Shown: positions 37,445 to 49,259 of the stretch, piece after piece
How the letters are laid out: each line of letters starts with the position of its first letter
Numbering within the stretch: position 1 is the stretch's first letter
Notes under the pieces: model-generated
What the model was told of the DNA's origin: nothing
Database searches by the model: none
What the model saw: only the letters and a program-made list of their open reading frames with translations
Made by a program: the position numbers and the translations under genes
DNA from: Octopus bimaculoides
Taxonomy: Eukaryota
DNA length: 53,304 bases
Assembly (NCBI RefSeq): GCF_001194135.2
Contig: NC_068982.1
Coordinates: 88,312,140-88,365,443 of the forward strand
Direction: 5' to 3'

Positions 37445-37640
37445 ATATTTTTACACAAGGCCTGCAATTTTGGGAGATAGGGTAAGTCGATTACATCAAC
37501 CCCATTGTTCAACAAGTACTTGTTTTATCGACCTCGGAAGGATGAAAGGCAAAGTCATTCTCAGCGGAATGTGAACTTAGAACGTAAAGACGGACGAAAT
37601 GCCGGCATGCTAACGATTTTACCAGCTCGCAGCCCCTTCT
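37445..37640 (-). mobile_element. SINE family 1 copy
   Basis: ttatcgacctcggaaggatgaaaggcaaagtc..cggaatgtgaacttagaacgtaaagacggacgaaatg. Confidence 0.85.
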
Positions 37641-38399
37641 TCCAGCTCGCCATCTTTTTCATCACATTACAGCATAGAAAAGTAATGTTAGCCATTGAAA
37701 AGTTACACAAAGTGTTTTCATTCTCTTTTGTTGATTTCTTTGAATCTGTGAAGTGTCTGGCACTGCAAAAGAACTAATGAATCGCTTGGTCACAAAAGTG
37801 TGAGGAAACCTGTTTACAACTTCTTGATGTAAGATGCTTTTAAGAGCTATACAAAAGTAAATATTACAGCATTTTCCCTATAGTTTCGAAATTATTGCCT
37901 TAACTCTTCAGTGATGTATAATATGAGTGTTACCACTTTAATACACGTCCTTAGATTAAATCTGATGGCAACAAACAAATCTAAAAGTAAAATGAATAAC
38001 AAAGGCATAATTTAAAATGTGTTTTACATTGATGCATTATTAATTTTCCGTTCGAACTATTATACAATCTCCTGTCTAATTGTTTTGCAAACATGAAGCA
38101 ATCTACTAATTACAAGAATGACTACATTGCAGACTTCGAAAAGTAGCAATAGATGATATTCAAAATGACATTACCAATATATTTGAAGGATTAGTTAGAG
38201 GAGAAAGTTACGAAACATATAGTGCCTTTTGCAAGACCTCGGGTAGAAACTAGTAATCTGGTCCATTTGCTTCTTACAGATTCGCCTCTACAAACGGCAC
38301 TAAAGAAACAGGTCGTAGTGTTCAGTTGAGTGACGAATAAAATGAATCACCCACCTACATATACAATACATTGTATTGACCATAGTGTATTGTAGAGGG

Positions 38400-38700
38400 A
38401 ATTCCGCTTATGATCGTAAGTTCGTGACTTCAATTTCCGGCGACGTGTTGTATCCTTGAGCAAGATGCCTCATTTCACGTTGTTCCAGTTCACCCAACTG
38501 ATAAAACTGAGTAGTACCTGTATTTCAAAGGGCCATCTTTGTCATACTCTGTATCACGCTGAATCTCTCTGAGAACTACGTTAAGGGTACACGTGTCTTT
38601 GGAGTGCTCAGCCAGTTGCACGTTAATTTCACGAGCAAGCTGTTCCGTTGATCGGATCAACTCCAACCCACGTCGTCGTAACCGAAGGAGTTCCAGTGTT
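38400..38700 (+). mobile_element. SINE family 3 copy
   Basis: tRNA-like remnant, then gtgttgtatccttgagcaagatg..ttcacgttgttccagttcacccaactg, and the tail ctacgttaagggtacacgtgtc..gttgatcggatcaact..gtaaccg. Confidence 0.7.
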
Positions 38701-40379
38701 TTTGTTTTTTATTATTGTAGAAAATATTTGCTCTGTATACTGTACAGCGGAAACAAATCAGAAGCCACATGATTGTAAAACAAATATTTTAATCAAACGG
38801 TTATGCAAGCGATAATAAAAGTGGAACGACAAAGATAATACTGTGACCGGATTTAAGCTTTCCGATATTCGAAATTAAATGATTTATTAACTTAAGAAGC
38901 CAGATAAGTTTTAGATATATATGATTTACCTCAAGAAAAGGAATTCTACAAGAATAGTTATAATTTCTCATTATAAATATTATATGAGATATAAAGAATA
39001 ACTTATATATAGAATTAAAGAATCCACACGAATATGGTTATCAACTAAATAATTGAAATGTTCAAATATTATTAAAACTGGAAAGTTTCACTGATGATTT
39101 CTTTGATGAAGAGAACCTTTGCGGCACGGCTATTGTTCCTATGTGCGTAGTACCTTTTATGTAGTGCAGCTTCAGAAAGAACTACTACAAAGCCAGTCTC
39201 GGTGAGCTTATGTACTGTCATAGCCAGAATACAGTTTCCCAGTTTTCTATCATGGTTATAAAATTGGGGAAACTACTCAGTTAACACCTTATATTTGTGA
39301 AAAGCTTGACTCGAGCTAATAGCATAGTATTCTTTACGCAGTGGTTTCTAGTTAAACTGCAATTTGTTATAATTACACACACACAAACACACACACACAC
39401 GCACACACGCACACAGATACACACACACACGCACACACACACATTCACTCCTTATTTAGCCGCACAATTTTACACTTGAATGTTGAATTATATTTCATAT
39501 GCTTCAAACACCAAGCGCACACATCTACATAAAATAGAGAGATTATATTAATAGGCATCACACGTACAAAGACCCATGCATAAAAGTCTAATGCTACTGA
39601 ATGTTTATCTTACGACTGGTGTTTAACGCCCCTCGATCTGCGTGCGACGATTTTTACAGTTCAGTTTTAACAGAATATTTATATTCGTTACTGTAGGTGT
39701 AGTCTTTAGGCTTCTCTTAGTTCATTCGGTTCGGCTTCATATTCACTGATTGTTATTTTTCTGCCTCTTCGTGTTATTGGTTTTGGCTTTGTAGATGGCA
39801 GACATGGTTTTAAGTTGCTAGTTCGCTCAATATTTATCAGGGAATCACGATAAAGCAGTTCTTTTTTAAAGTTTATTTTCCTATGTCTTTTGGTCAAATT
39901 TGTTTAGGCATGATTTTAATCAAGTTTTTTTTTCTGTAAAAATTAAGGATCTATTTATAATAAATAACGTTTCATGTCTGACTCCTTTAAGTGTAGCTCC
40001 TTGAAAGTGCCTGTTACAGTAATTAAAGATTTTATTTTATTTCATTTGAGGTATTTTCAAAAATTGTAATCGTTTCTGTTAATACGTTTTTGTGTTTATG
40101 TAAACATGTATTCCATATATTTGTTGATACGTGTGTACATCATATTTGAATCATCGTGGTTAGAATAGTTAGTATTATATTGAAGGACGTGTTGAGAGAA
40201 TTGTAGTTTATCAGGTGTGTGTTTATAGGTAAGTGTGTGATGTGCATGTGCTGTGGTCAAGTGTTTTTTCTTTTTTACATGTGTGGCTATGTATAATCCC
40301 AAAGAATTTCCAAATGGGATAGTTTCAAGAAATTTGGACAACGATTATATGCAATAAAAAATAAACAAAAGAAAGTGGT

Positions 40380-41930
40380 GAATGTGCTTTACATGTTATG
40401 AATCCATCTCCACTTTTAAAGATTGAAATTATAAACGGCACTACACTTCAAAACATTCAGGGCACGGTAAATGTAAAGGGTATATTAGAAAGCAAAAACT
40501 GAAGCGCTCAAGAAACAACCCGGTAGCCTAAATGCGTTCTTTTCTAAAAGGCAGATAGAAATCAAAGAAAGCGTACGTGCAAGATATATTAGTAGCGGAA
40601 AAGTTACCAAACATCATAAAAACGATGCCGAGAGTGAACTTGTAAAAGAGCGTGTTTTTCCGCTTGGGTTATTTAACTACGTTTGACATGATTAGCTTGT
40701 TTTGTTGAACAATCACAAGAGTTTGCAATTAGAAAATATAAGATGAGTTGATTAATTTTCAGTGTCTATCGACTAAGGCATATATATATATGTATATTAG
40801 TCGGCTTAGCAGTAAGGTTTCATATGTTGTATTGATAAATCATTTTAGATCACTGACAAATTACAGTCGAGACAATGAATGACGCTAGAACAGTATACAA
40901 CATGTATGTAGTTGTGAAGAAGGCAAGAATATAGTTGAATCCCCTGTTTCAAAGGCTCGTCAGCGAAATAACTGGGATGGGGGTGACTCTATCAGCAGCT
41001 GGACCTCAGATAAGCTTTCTATCGAAATTAAAAGAAGAATTAACCGCTTTTGAGTTTAGCAAACGATGAGATTCCAATGATTCATTACACAATTTATAAA
41101 GATAATTTACGTGCTAGGCCTGTAAAATTGGAAAATTATACACCTGTAGTTGTTTCAACCATACATTTTATAAAATCCTGACCACTTAGCCATTACCAAT
41201 TCAAAGAGGTCTTAGGAAAACTTTGTATGGCGATCTGGTTTCGTATTCTGTAGTTCACTGGCAAAGTATAGAGAGGTGGTTCAAAGGTTTTATATCCATT
41301 GAGAAGACACATGCACCTTTTTAGAAATGAAGGGTATATTTGTTCCCTATCTAAAGGATAGTAAATGGATTTGTGACATTGCATTTCTCGTAGATATTGC
41401 ACCTTATTAAAAAAATCTCAGTTTAAAATTGCCAAAGGAAAATCATTTGATTCGTGATACGTATACTGACGTCAAAGCTTTTGAAACAAAACCGAAAATT
41501 CCGGTGAATCAACTCAAATGTGGTGACTCTGTCCATTCCCCCACGTTAACCACTTACGTGGGGGGGGGGGTGATTGAGTTAAGTGAGTTGGAAAATGAAC
41601 TGAACACCTGATTTAAGAACTTCAAAGACAAAGAAGGTAATTTTGAAATTTTTGTAAATCCATTTAATGCCAATGATGAAAACAGCACGAAAGGAACTAA
41701 AAATGTAAATAACTCTTCCTTTAGAACGCTGCCCTAAAATGGTTTGCTTCGTTCGGAGATATGTCAGCCGTTTAATAATATGTACAAATGCAAATAAGGC
41801 TTTTCTACAATGAAAATAATGTCGAAAAGTAGGTCGAGATCGGCAGTTATTCAACTCGCATATAATTTATAAGTTGCAACATTTGTCAATATTTGAGAAG
41901 TAATAAAAGCACAACATCAGGTTTCTCCCT
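40380..41930 (+). mobile_element. Decayed hAT transposase (SPIN/GTF2IRD2/Charlie-like)
   Basis: KKQPGSLNAFF..; NLRARP; HYQFKEVL..YGDLVSYSVVHWQS..QRFY matches 'HRQF..YGDL.Y...VRWLS'; C-terminal 'C..FSTMKIMSKSRSR'. Confidence 0.75.
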
Positions 41931-41989
41931 AAAATTCGTGAATAAATTATTTCTCACTACGTTGTTGTATGCATGTTGTTAGGCAGTGA

Positions 41990-42330
41990 TGGCATTTTCG
42001 GACAACTGCTTATGATATGTGTGATAACTTCGGAGCTAACTCCACAAAGTCAGCATCTGTTGTCACATTTTACTGCATTTCTTACATCTCTGTTCCCTTT
42101 GTACACCGGAATTTGATTGATATTTCCTGTTCCTGGATTGCAAACGCATACCTTTCAAAGTGGGAGGTAGTAATCTGGTTGTTGGTCCATGATGGATTAC
42201 TCTGATTCTCAATGTTACTATTATCTCTGAGCTTTCTACTAACATATCCATGCGTGGTCTTCTGCTCACATACGCCATTTCTTTCATCTGATGTCATATT
42301 GCGGTAGAGTCATGCGACTTCTTTCGGCAT
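41990..42330 (-). mobile_element. RLE-type LINE fragment (pre-CCHC region)
   Basis: HGYVSRKL..SWTNNQITTSHFERYAFAIQEQEISIKF matches the 'E..I.AIQEQ' motif. Confidence 0.65.
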
Positions 42331-42634
42331 GTATTTAAGGCTATCAGACAAGAAATGCTGCTCAAAGAGCTATGAAGTTAGCGGCCTCATGTATGCAGTT
42401 TTACTCAAGAAATGCACTTCGATACATGTATGTATGTATGTAGATAGGTAGGTATAAATATACAGATATAAACTTACATACGTATACATATAAATGCATA
42501 AATGTTCAGATATATGCATTACATAGATTTGTCCATATATACATATATCTATGTACATGCATACATACACATACGCATACACATATATTAATGTTTGTTT
42601 TTATCTTAAATTAAAATAAAAACAACTTTATTAC

Positions 42635-42815
42635 CGCTTTACTTGTTTCAGTTATCAAACTACGGCGATGCTGGGGAACCGATTTGAAGAACTTTAGTTA
42701 AATAATCTACTCAGGTCCTTATTTTAAGGCCCCATAACTATTCCATCGTTCTCTATGCGGAATAGCTACGTTATATGGACGTAAACACACTAACACGTGT
42801 TGTGAAGCGATGGTC
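42635..42815 (-). mobile_element. SINE family 2, partial copy; (TATG)n follows at about 42830-42895
   Basis: acttgtttcagttatcaaactacggcgatgctgggg..ctaagttacg-like..gacgtaaacacactaacac. Confidence 0.7.
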
Positions 42816-43164
42816 GGGGAGAGATACATACACATGTATGTATGTATGTATGTATGTATGTATGTATGTATGTATGTATGTATGCATGTATGTAATAAGT
42901 TAAAAGACATAATAAAAGCACAAATACCATCAACATTACTACTTTTAATAAAAAAACATCATCAACTCTCCCTAACTGTCTTTGTCTCTCTTTCTCTCCT
43001 TCGCTTTTTCTTTCTCTCTGTCTCTCAGTCGGTCTTTTCCACCACCCTGCTATTACTCTCACCCCAACATGAGCAATAGTAGGAGTGTTAATTAATACTG
43101 AGAGAGAATGGTCCAAGTGTGACACATTGATACACAGAAATTAGTTTTCGCTTTTATTATATTA

Positions 43165-43404
43165 TATATATTGTTTTACTTTTTTACTTGTATCAGTTAT
43201 TTGACTGCGGCTATGCCGGAGCACCACCTTTAGGTGTTTTAGTTGAGCAAATCGACCCCCAGACTTTTCTAAGTCTAGTACTTATTCTATCTGTCACTTT
43301 TGCTGAAACACTAAGTTACGGGGACGTAAATACACAAACACCGGCTGTCAAGCCTTAATGGGAACAAACGCAGACAGAATAGCACACGCACACGCATACG
43401 CACA

Positions 43405-43439
<35 letters not shown>

Positions 43440-43600
43440 TACAGACTTTTTTCAATTTCTGTCTACCGAATCCAATCACAAAGCTTTGGTCGGCCTGAGG
43501 CTATAGTAGAAGAAAGTTGCCCAAGTTTCAGCGCAGTGGGACTGAAGCCAGAACCATGTGATTGTGAAACAAGCTTCTTACCACACAGACCCGCCTGCAC
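43165..43600 (-). mobile_element. SINE family 2, near full length, with internal (CA)n
   Basis: Tail acttgtatcagttatttgactgcggctatgccggagcaccacc, body, and head gaggctatagtagaag..cagtgggactgaagccagaaccatgtg..cttaccacacag. Confidence 0.88.
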
Positions 43601-43647
<47 letters not shown>

Positions 43648-45399
43648 CGTGTGTATGCGTGTGTCTGTGTGTGTGAGATAAAGGAAAGTTGTTCATTTTG
43701 CTAGTAGCGGTAAAATTCAAATGGTGTAAGCCTTTTGTTTGCTTGACAATTGCAGCCAACATAATTTGCAACTAGAATTCCATAGAAGTGATATTGTTAT
43801 ATGTAACATGCGACGAGAGTTTAAATGTTCATATTTATAGCATATTAATATTGATTTTATTACACGGTTAACTCTATTGATTAATTAGTCGTACGAAATA
43901 TTCAGAATTACTCAACATCATCTGATGTATATTGCTATATCATAGAATATAACGCAGATTATTTAAGAAATAGAACTTAAGTATCAATTTTTAAGGAATA
44001 TAATTCAGACTTCGAAAGGTAAGTTTGATATAGTATTGTTGTTATCTCCAATAGATAGTCACTATTGTACAATGAAACTCTTTGAATAATCTACAAATAC
44101 AGTTTGGTAGGTGCTACAGTGCAAAAATCCCACGGTAGGCTGTTTCGAATTAAACTCAATGCTCTTCGTCGTTGTTTTTAATGTGATTTGCGAAAATTTA
44201 TGAACGATACGTACTCTCACTCCATATCTTTACAAATTAGTGTTATTAACTGAAAGAAATAAGTAAATATTAGACCTAACTGAAGGGAATAAAGAACAGA
44301 AAAACAACGCAGATTCATACATATTCTTTATGAAAACATATAAATACCGGAGTTTTGGCGCAATATTATTTCAATAAAAAAAATGTGATGCACGATGTTA
44401 CTAATACGTAGCCAGTATAATTAGGATAAAAGAAAATAATCTCATTTTGTCCATTATATATATTTTTAGATTATCAGGTTTTTCTTACATTAATTTCCAA
44501 CAAATATGTTGTCGTGACTTACAGCGGTTAAAACGAAATATATCATGTCATGATTTCTATCTGAAAACATAAAAATCATTAAAATTTTACCAAAACCCAG
44601 GAGACCATAATAACTGAACTCTATTTTTGTAATGATAACCGCTTAAGATAGGAATTTCACTTTTCGAACTTGCCAATTTATCTCCTGATATTTTCAGAAT
44701 TGCAACCAGTTTCAGACAGCTACCAAAAATGAGCAATGGTGGTTAATGTATAGAACTTGTCCACACACACACACTAAAAATTGTAATGTAGGTTAATAAC
44801 CAACTGATTCGAACGCAACATTTCTATTCTTTCATATAGTTCAAAACTTTTCTAAATAATCCACTCTGTGCTTTTAAGTTATTTTATCATTTGCTTTGTT
44901 CTTACAATTTGCATTTCAGAACTATTTTCACAATTATAACAGTAAAATAAACATATAAATGCAAGTACAGGCGTATGGTTAGACAATTTCTTCGCAACCA
45001 TGGACTTTAGTATCGCTAAACTAGGTCTGGTTTATAGTAACTGGGCCGCTTTAACAGGAATCACTTTGTACGGAAGACAACAAATCCAGCCCCGAAATAA
45101 TTGAAAACGGCCCTCCCTATCGCAGAAAAATTATACTAGATGATGGAGGCTTCTAATTCTTAGTTAAACAAACATGAATAGTTCTCCACTGTTCATTTCT
45201 GAGAAAAGTTTTCGGTCTGCAATTCAATAAAGTCCTTTAACAACGTTTGAAAATATGTCAACCATGGATCTGACAAAAAACCGCGTTGTAGTTACGCATT
45301 TTCATCAAGGATAATCCCTCAAAGCATTTTCTTTCCTCTTTCCTCCTCATGAACATACTCCAGCATTCAGCAATTTTCTGTTTACTTGATACATTCCGA

Positions 45400-45810
45400 G
45401 CTAGTTTAATTCATTCAAGCAACCAATGCGCCTAAATTACATTGTCTAAGAAACGCAAAGCTTACAATTTTTACCACGCTTTTACCAAAATATTGCTGTG
45501 CCGTTGGTTTCCATCCCAATAATCTCATGGAAATACAGGCAGTGTGGATGAGGAAAGAATAGTGTTCTTGTTCAAAGACAATTTTCACAGGATCTAAAGT
45601 AAACTACACGCTTTGCAACATGAAACCTTATATGTACGGCTTTCTGTATAAGAATGAATTTCAAGTTCATTCTAGAACATCCGAAAAGTCAGTGGTAATG
45701 TATACAATACAAGCAGAGAGAAATACTTTACATTTGGATTCCTGGAAAACGATCACAGCCACATCATCAAAACAGACCGGGTGAAACCAAGTTTAGCTGC
45801 AAGTATATAT
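45400..45810 (+). mobile_element. Helitron-like 3' end with a helicase C-terminal remnant
   Basis: Decayed translation LVSIPII..QRQF..FA..LYVRLS resembles PIF1 'IPRI..RxQFP..FA..QLYVALSR'. Terminus gaccgggtgaaaccaagtttagctgcaagt resembles a hairpin plus CTAGT end. Confidence 0.45.
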
Positions 45811-46519
45811 ATATACAATTAAACCTTGGGAGAGGCATTATGCCGGTAATAAACACACGCACTGGTTCAGTCCTTTATTAATTTATATATTTATATAGTT
45901 TTTTGTTAAATTATTTCATTGCACTCTTGCAATCTCTTCAGTAACTTGTCTCTCCACTTCCATTTATCTTGAATGTATGATCTGGCGTTGTTTTGGCGTT
46001 GTTCACACATATGATGCGGAATATGAACGTAAATAAATTAATTAAAAGGTCTCTATCTGATCTGATATAAACGAAATTGTTACAAACACACATATGGACG
46101 CACATACGTACNNNNNNNNNNNNNNNNNNNNNNNNNNNNNNNNNNNNNNNNNNNNNNNNNNNNNNNNNNNNNNNNNNNNNNNNNNNNNNNNNNNNNNNNN
46201 NNNNNNNNNNNNNNNNNNNNNNNNNNNNNNNNNNNNNNNNNNNNNNNNNNNNNNNNNNNNNNNNNNNNNNNNNNNNNNNNNNNNNNNNNNNNNNNNNNNN
46301 NNNNNNNNNNNNNNNNNNNNNNNNNNNNNNNNNNNNNNNNNNNNNNNNNNNNNNNNNNNNNNNNNNNNNNNNNNNNNNNNNNNNNNNNNNNNNNNNNNNN
46401 NNNNNNNNNNNNNNNNNNNNNNNNNNNNNNNNNNNNNNNNNNNNNNNNNNNNNNNNNNNNNNNNNNNNNNNNNNNNNNNNNNNNNNNNNNNNNNNNNNNN
46501 NNNNNNNNNNNNNNNNNNN

Positions 46520-46567
<48 letters not shown>

Positions 46568-46589
46568 GCACATACTATCGGTTCCAGAT

Positions 46590-46790
46590 TTTAGCACATG
46601 GTCATCAAGTTCGGGGGTGGAGTAAGTCAAGAATATCGACCCCAATTTTCAACTGATACTTTACCGACCCGGAAAGGTTGAAATACAAAGTCGACCTCGG
46701 CGGAATTTGAACTCAGAACGTAAAGACAGATGAAAATACCGCTAAGCATATTGCCCGACGTGCTAACGGTTCTCCTAGCTCTCCACCCAG
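46590..46790 (-). mobile_element. SINE family 1 copy
   Basis: accgacccggaaaggttgaaatacaaagtcgacctcggcggaatttgaactcagaacgtaaagacag..gctaagcata. Confidence 0.88.
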
Positions 46791-47811
46791 TACATGGACA
46801 TAATATTGACTTGCCATACTGGTGTGTATCATCATCATCATAAGGGCACAGACCAGACATAATATAAAGGCACTAAATCTGAAAAGTGAGGGAACAAAAA
46901 GTGATGGGGAATTGAGATGGTGCATGTAAGTGTATGTTTGTATCTGTGCACTTGCCTTCGATTATATGTTATGGTGTAAAGCTCTCTGTTGATTTGCTTT
47001 TCTTTACTCTGTAAACTTAATATTGATTGGATAGACAGTGATGGAATAATTAGTATTAGACTGAAGTTATAGCAATGGTCGTTTTAATAATGTAAATCCA
47101 TTAGCAGCGATGCACCAATCTAATTGCAGTTTATTAACCTATGAAGGAGTTAAAGCGTATACTTTTGGTGGGTAAACGAGGTCTATAAATCTTGATACTT
47201 GGCCCAGCGAAATATATAGCATTCATGTCACTTAAGCTCTACTGAAGGATATACAAGTTTTGTAAAACACTATTTTCCTCATTACCTCACTACAAATGTC
47301 CATGAAATCTACGGCTTTGAAAAAATAATAAACTGCAGGTTGTTATCAGCCATCCTAATTGAATCAAATCGATTTTAAACCTTAATATCCAGTAGGAATC
47401 GTTTCAATTACATACTTTTTGTCAACGTTAAACCTACGTGAAATCACGTTTTGTTGATATTTCTTTTCAGATTTCATATGAACTTCCGAGTATTCCATTT
47501 TAGAAGAGATCTGAATTTCCTGTTAAATTTTCTATAAAGTATTAACGTTTTAAAAAGGAAAGCATATTGAAAATTCATTTCTCCTCATCTATGAAATAGA
47601 ATTAATTTTTTCTAAATGATAAATGGTATATACTTTCAAATGGAGGAAGAAAATCTAAAAATGTCATATAACAAAGTATTGAAATTCGTCTTTGGCATTA
47701 TGCGTGTCCATATATACTGACATCCTAAATCCATCTTTATATAATGTTATTAACTCCTTCCCACCACCACTAATATTTTTGAATCTATATCACCTCTCCT
47801 GGAAACCAGTC

Positions 47812-48255
47812 AATATGTATATATACACAGCTTAAGGCGCTGAAGTGACAGGATTTTTAGCACTCTAGGCAAAAGATTTTACCGGAATTTTCGTCTGTGA
47901 ATACGATCTGAGTTCAAATTCTGCCAAGGTCGGTTTTTCCTTTTATCCTTTCAGGGTCGATAAATTAAGTACCATTTGCGTACTGGTGTCGATCTAATCA
48001 CTAGCCCCCTCCCTCAAAATTTCGGGCATTGTGCCTAGATTAGAAACGAATATGTATGTATACACAGCTTAAGGCGCTAAACTGGCAGAATCGTTAGCAT
48101 TCGAGGCAAAAGATTTTACCGGTATTTTCGTCTGTCTATACGATCTGAGTTCGAATTCGTCCAAGGTCGGCTTTGCCTTTTATCCTTTCGGGGTCGATAA
48201 AATTAGTACCAGTTGAGTACTGGCGACAATATAATCGACTTACCCTCTCTTCAGA
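47812..48255 (+). mobile_element. Two tandem SINE family 1 copies, each preceded by the same 22-bp flank
   Basis: aatatgtat(a/g)tatacacagctt + aaggcgct... at 47812 and about 48050, a period of about 240 bp. Confidence 0.88.
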
Positions 48256-49205
48256 CATTATTTAGACAAAATCTGAACTAATGTACATGCTGTTTAATGT
48301 TTAAGCGCCCTTATTGTGTTTCATTTTTAGATCCTAATATTTCGCTGTGTGAAAATTTTGCAGTTCATAACTCCTTGATTCAGAAACACATTTATTGATG
48401 TTTTGAATTTTGGCTTTTATTGCAGATATTTTAGATAAGTTGTACATTTTTTAGGAACTGAGATCGTAAGAATGTCTCGAATCCAGTCATAGGTATTTCA
48501 CGTGTCCGGTCAATAACATGCATCAGAACTTCTTATTTACTTTCTCAAAACTATATCGTTGCTATTATGCAAAAGTGTCGTACGTCCAAATTGCTTTTTC
48601 AGAAAACGAAAAATAGTTTCACCATTCCATTTCTTTTTACATTAGCAACAGTTTCAGCTTAACAATAATACTTGTTGGGTGCATAAAATCGTAACTCCGT
48701 GCATGTATGATATTTTCAGTTAGAAATATTTTTACAAAACTGTCGTATGTCAGACTTATTACACTTTGAAAATATGCTAAACCATTGTGATACACTCCGA
48801 TAAATTTTCATACCTTGGCATCTGAAGCAGCTGGAGATACAATGGTTTGACCAAAATAACTGGCTATTGCAAACAGAATCAGAGATTGAAAAAACGCATT
48901 TGGCCAAATTTGGACATACGACAGTTTAACATAATAACAACGATATATATTTTGTTTTTGTGAACAAGAAAATAAAATAAAGCTGCACATGTTTAATATA
49001 AATCAGATTTATGACAATTTCAGTACACACATCATATAGAATTTTAATAATATGTGGGTGGTAAATAAAATATAAACTAAAAATACTATTAAACTCTAAT
49101 ATTCGACTTAAAGGCTTCATAAGACGTATAAAACTATTTCACGCTTTGTTTCTTTGGGCGCTGTATATATCCTGACATTTCTCGAGTGTTGTCACAGAAT
49201 ATATT

Positions 49206-49259
49206 AATACTGAGAAGCAGTTTCACCTATCGTCATAGGTGAAACTGCTTTTCAGTATT
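49206..49259. other. 25-bp stem-loop (24 Watson-Crick pairs and one G-U), 4-nt loop
   Basis: AATACTGAGAAGCAGTTTCACCTAT-cgtc-ATAGGTGAAACTGCTTTTCAGTATT. Confidence 0.9.

Noticed and set aside
41560-41571. G-run as a possible G-quadruplex
   Set aside because: It is a single homopolymer run inside a decayed hAT.
49206-49259. Hammerhead ribozyme in the long hairpin
   Set aside because: Neither strand has an intact CUGANGA with a viable helix II.
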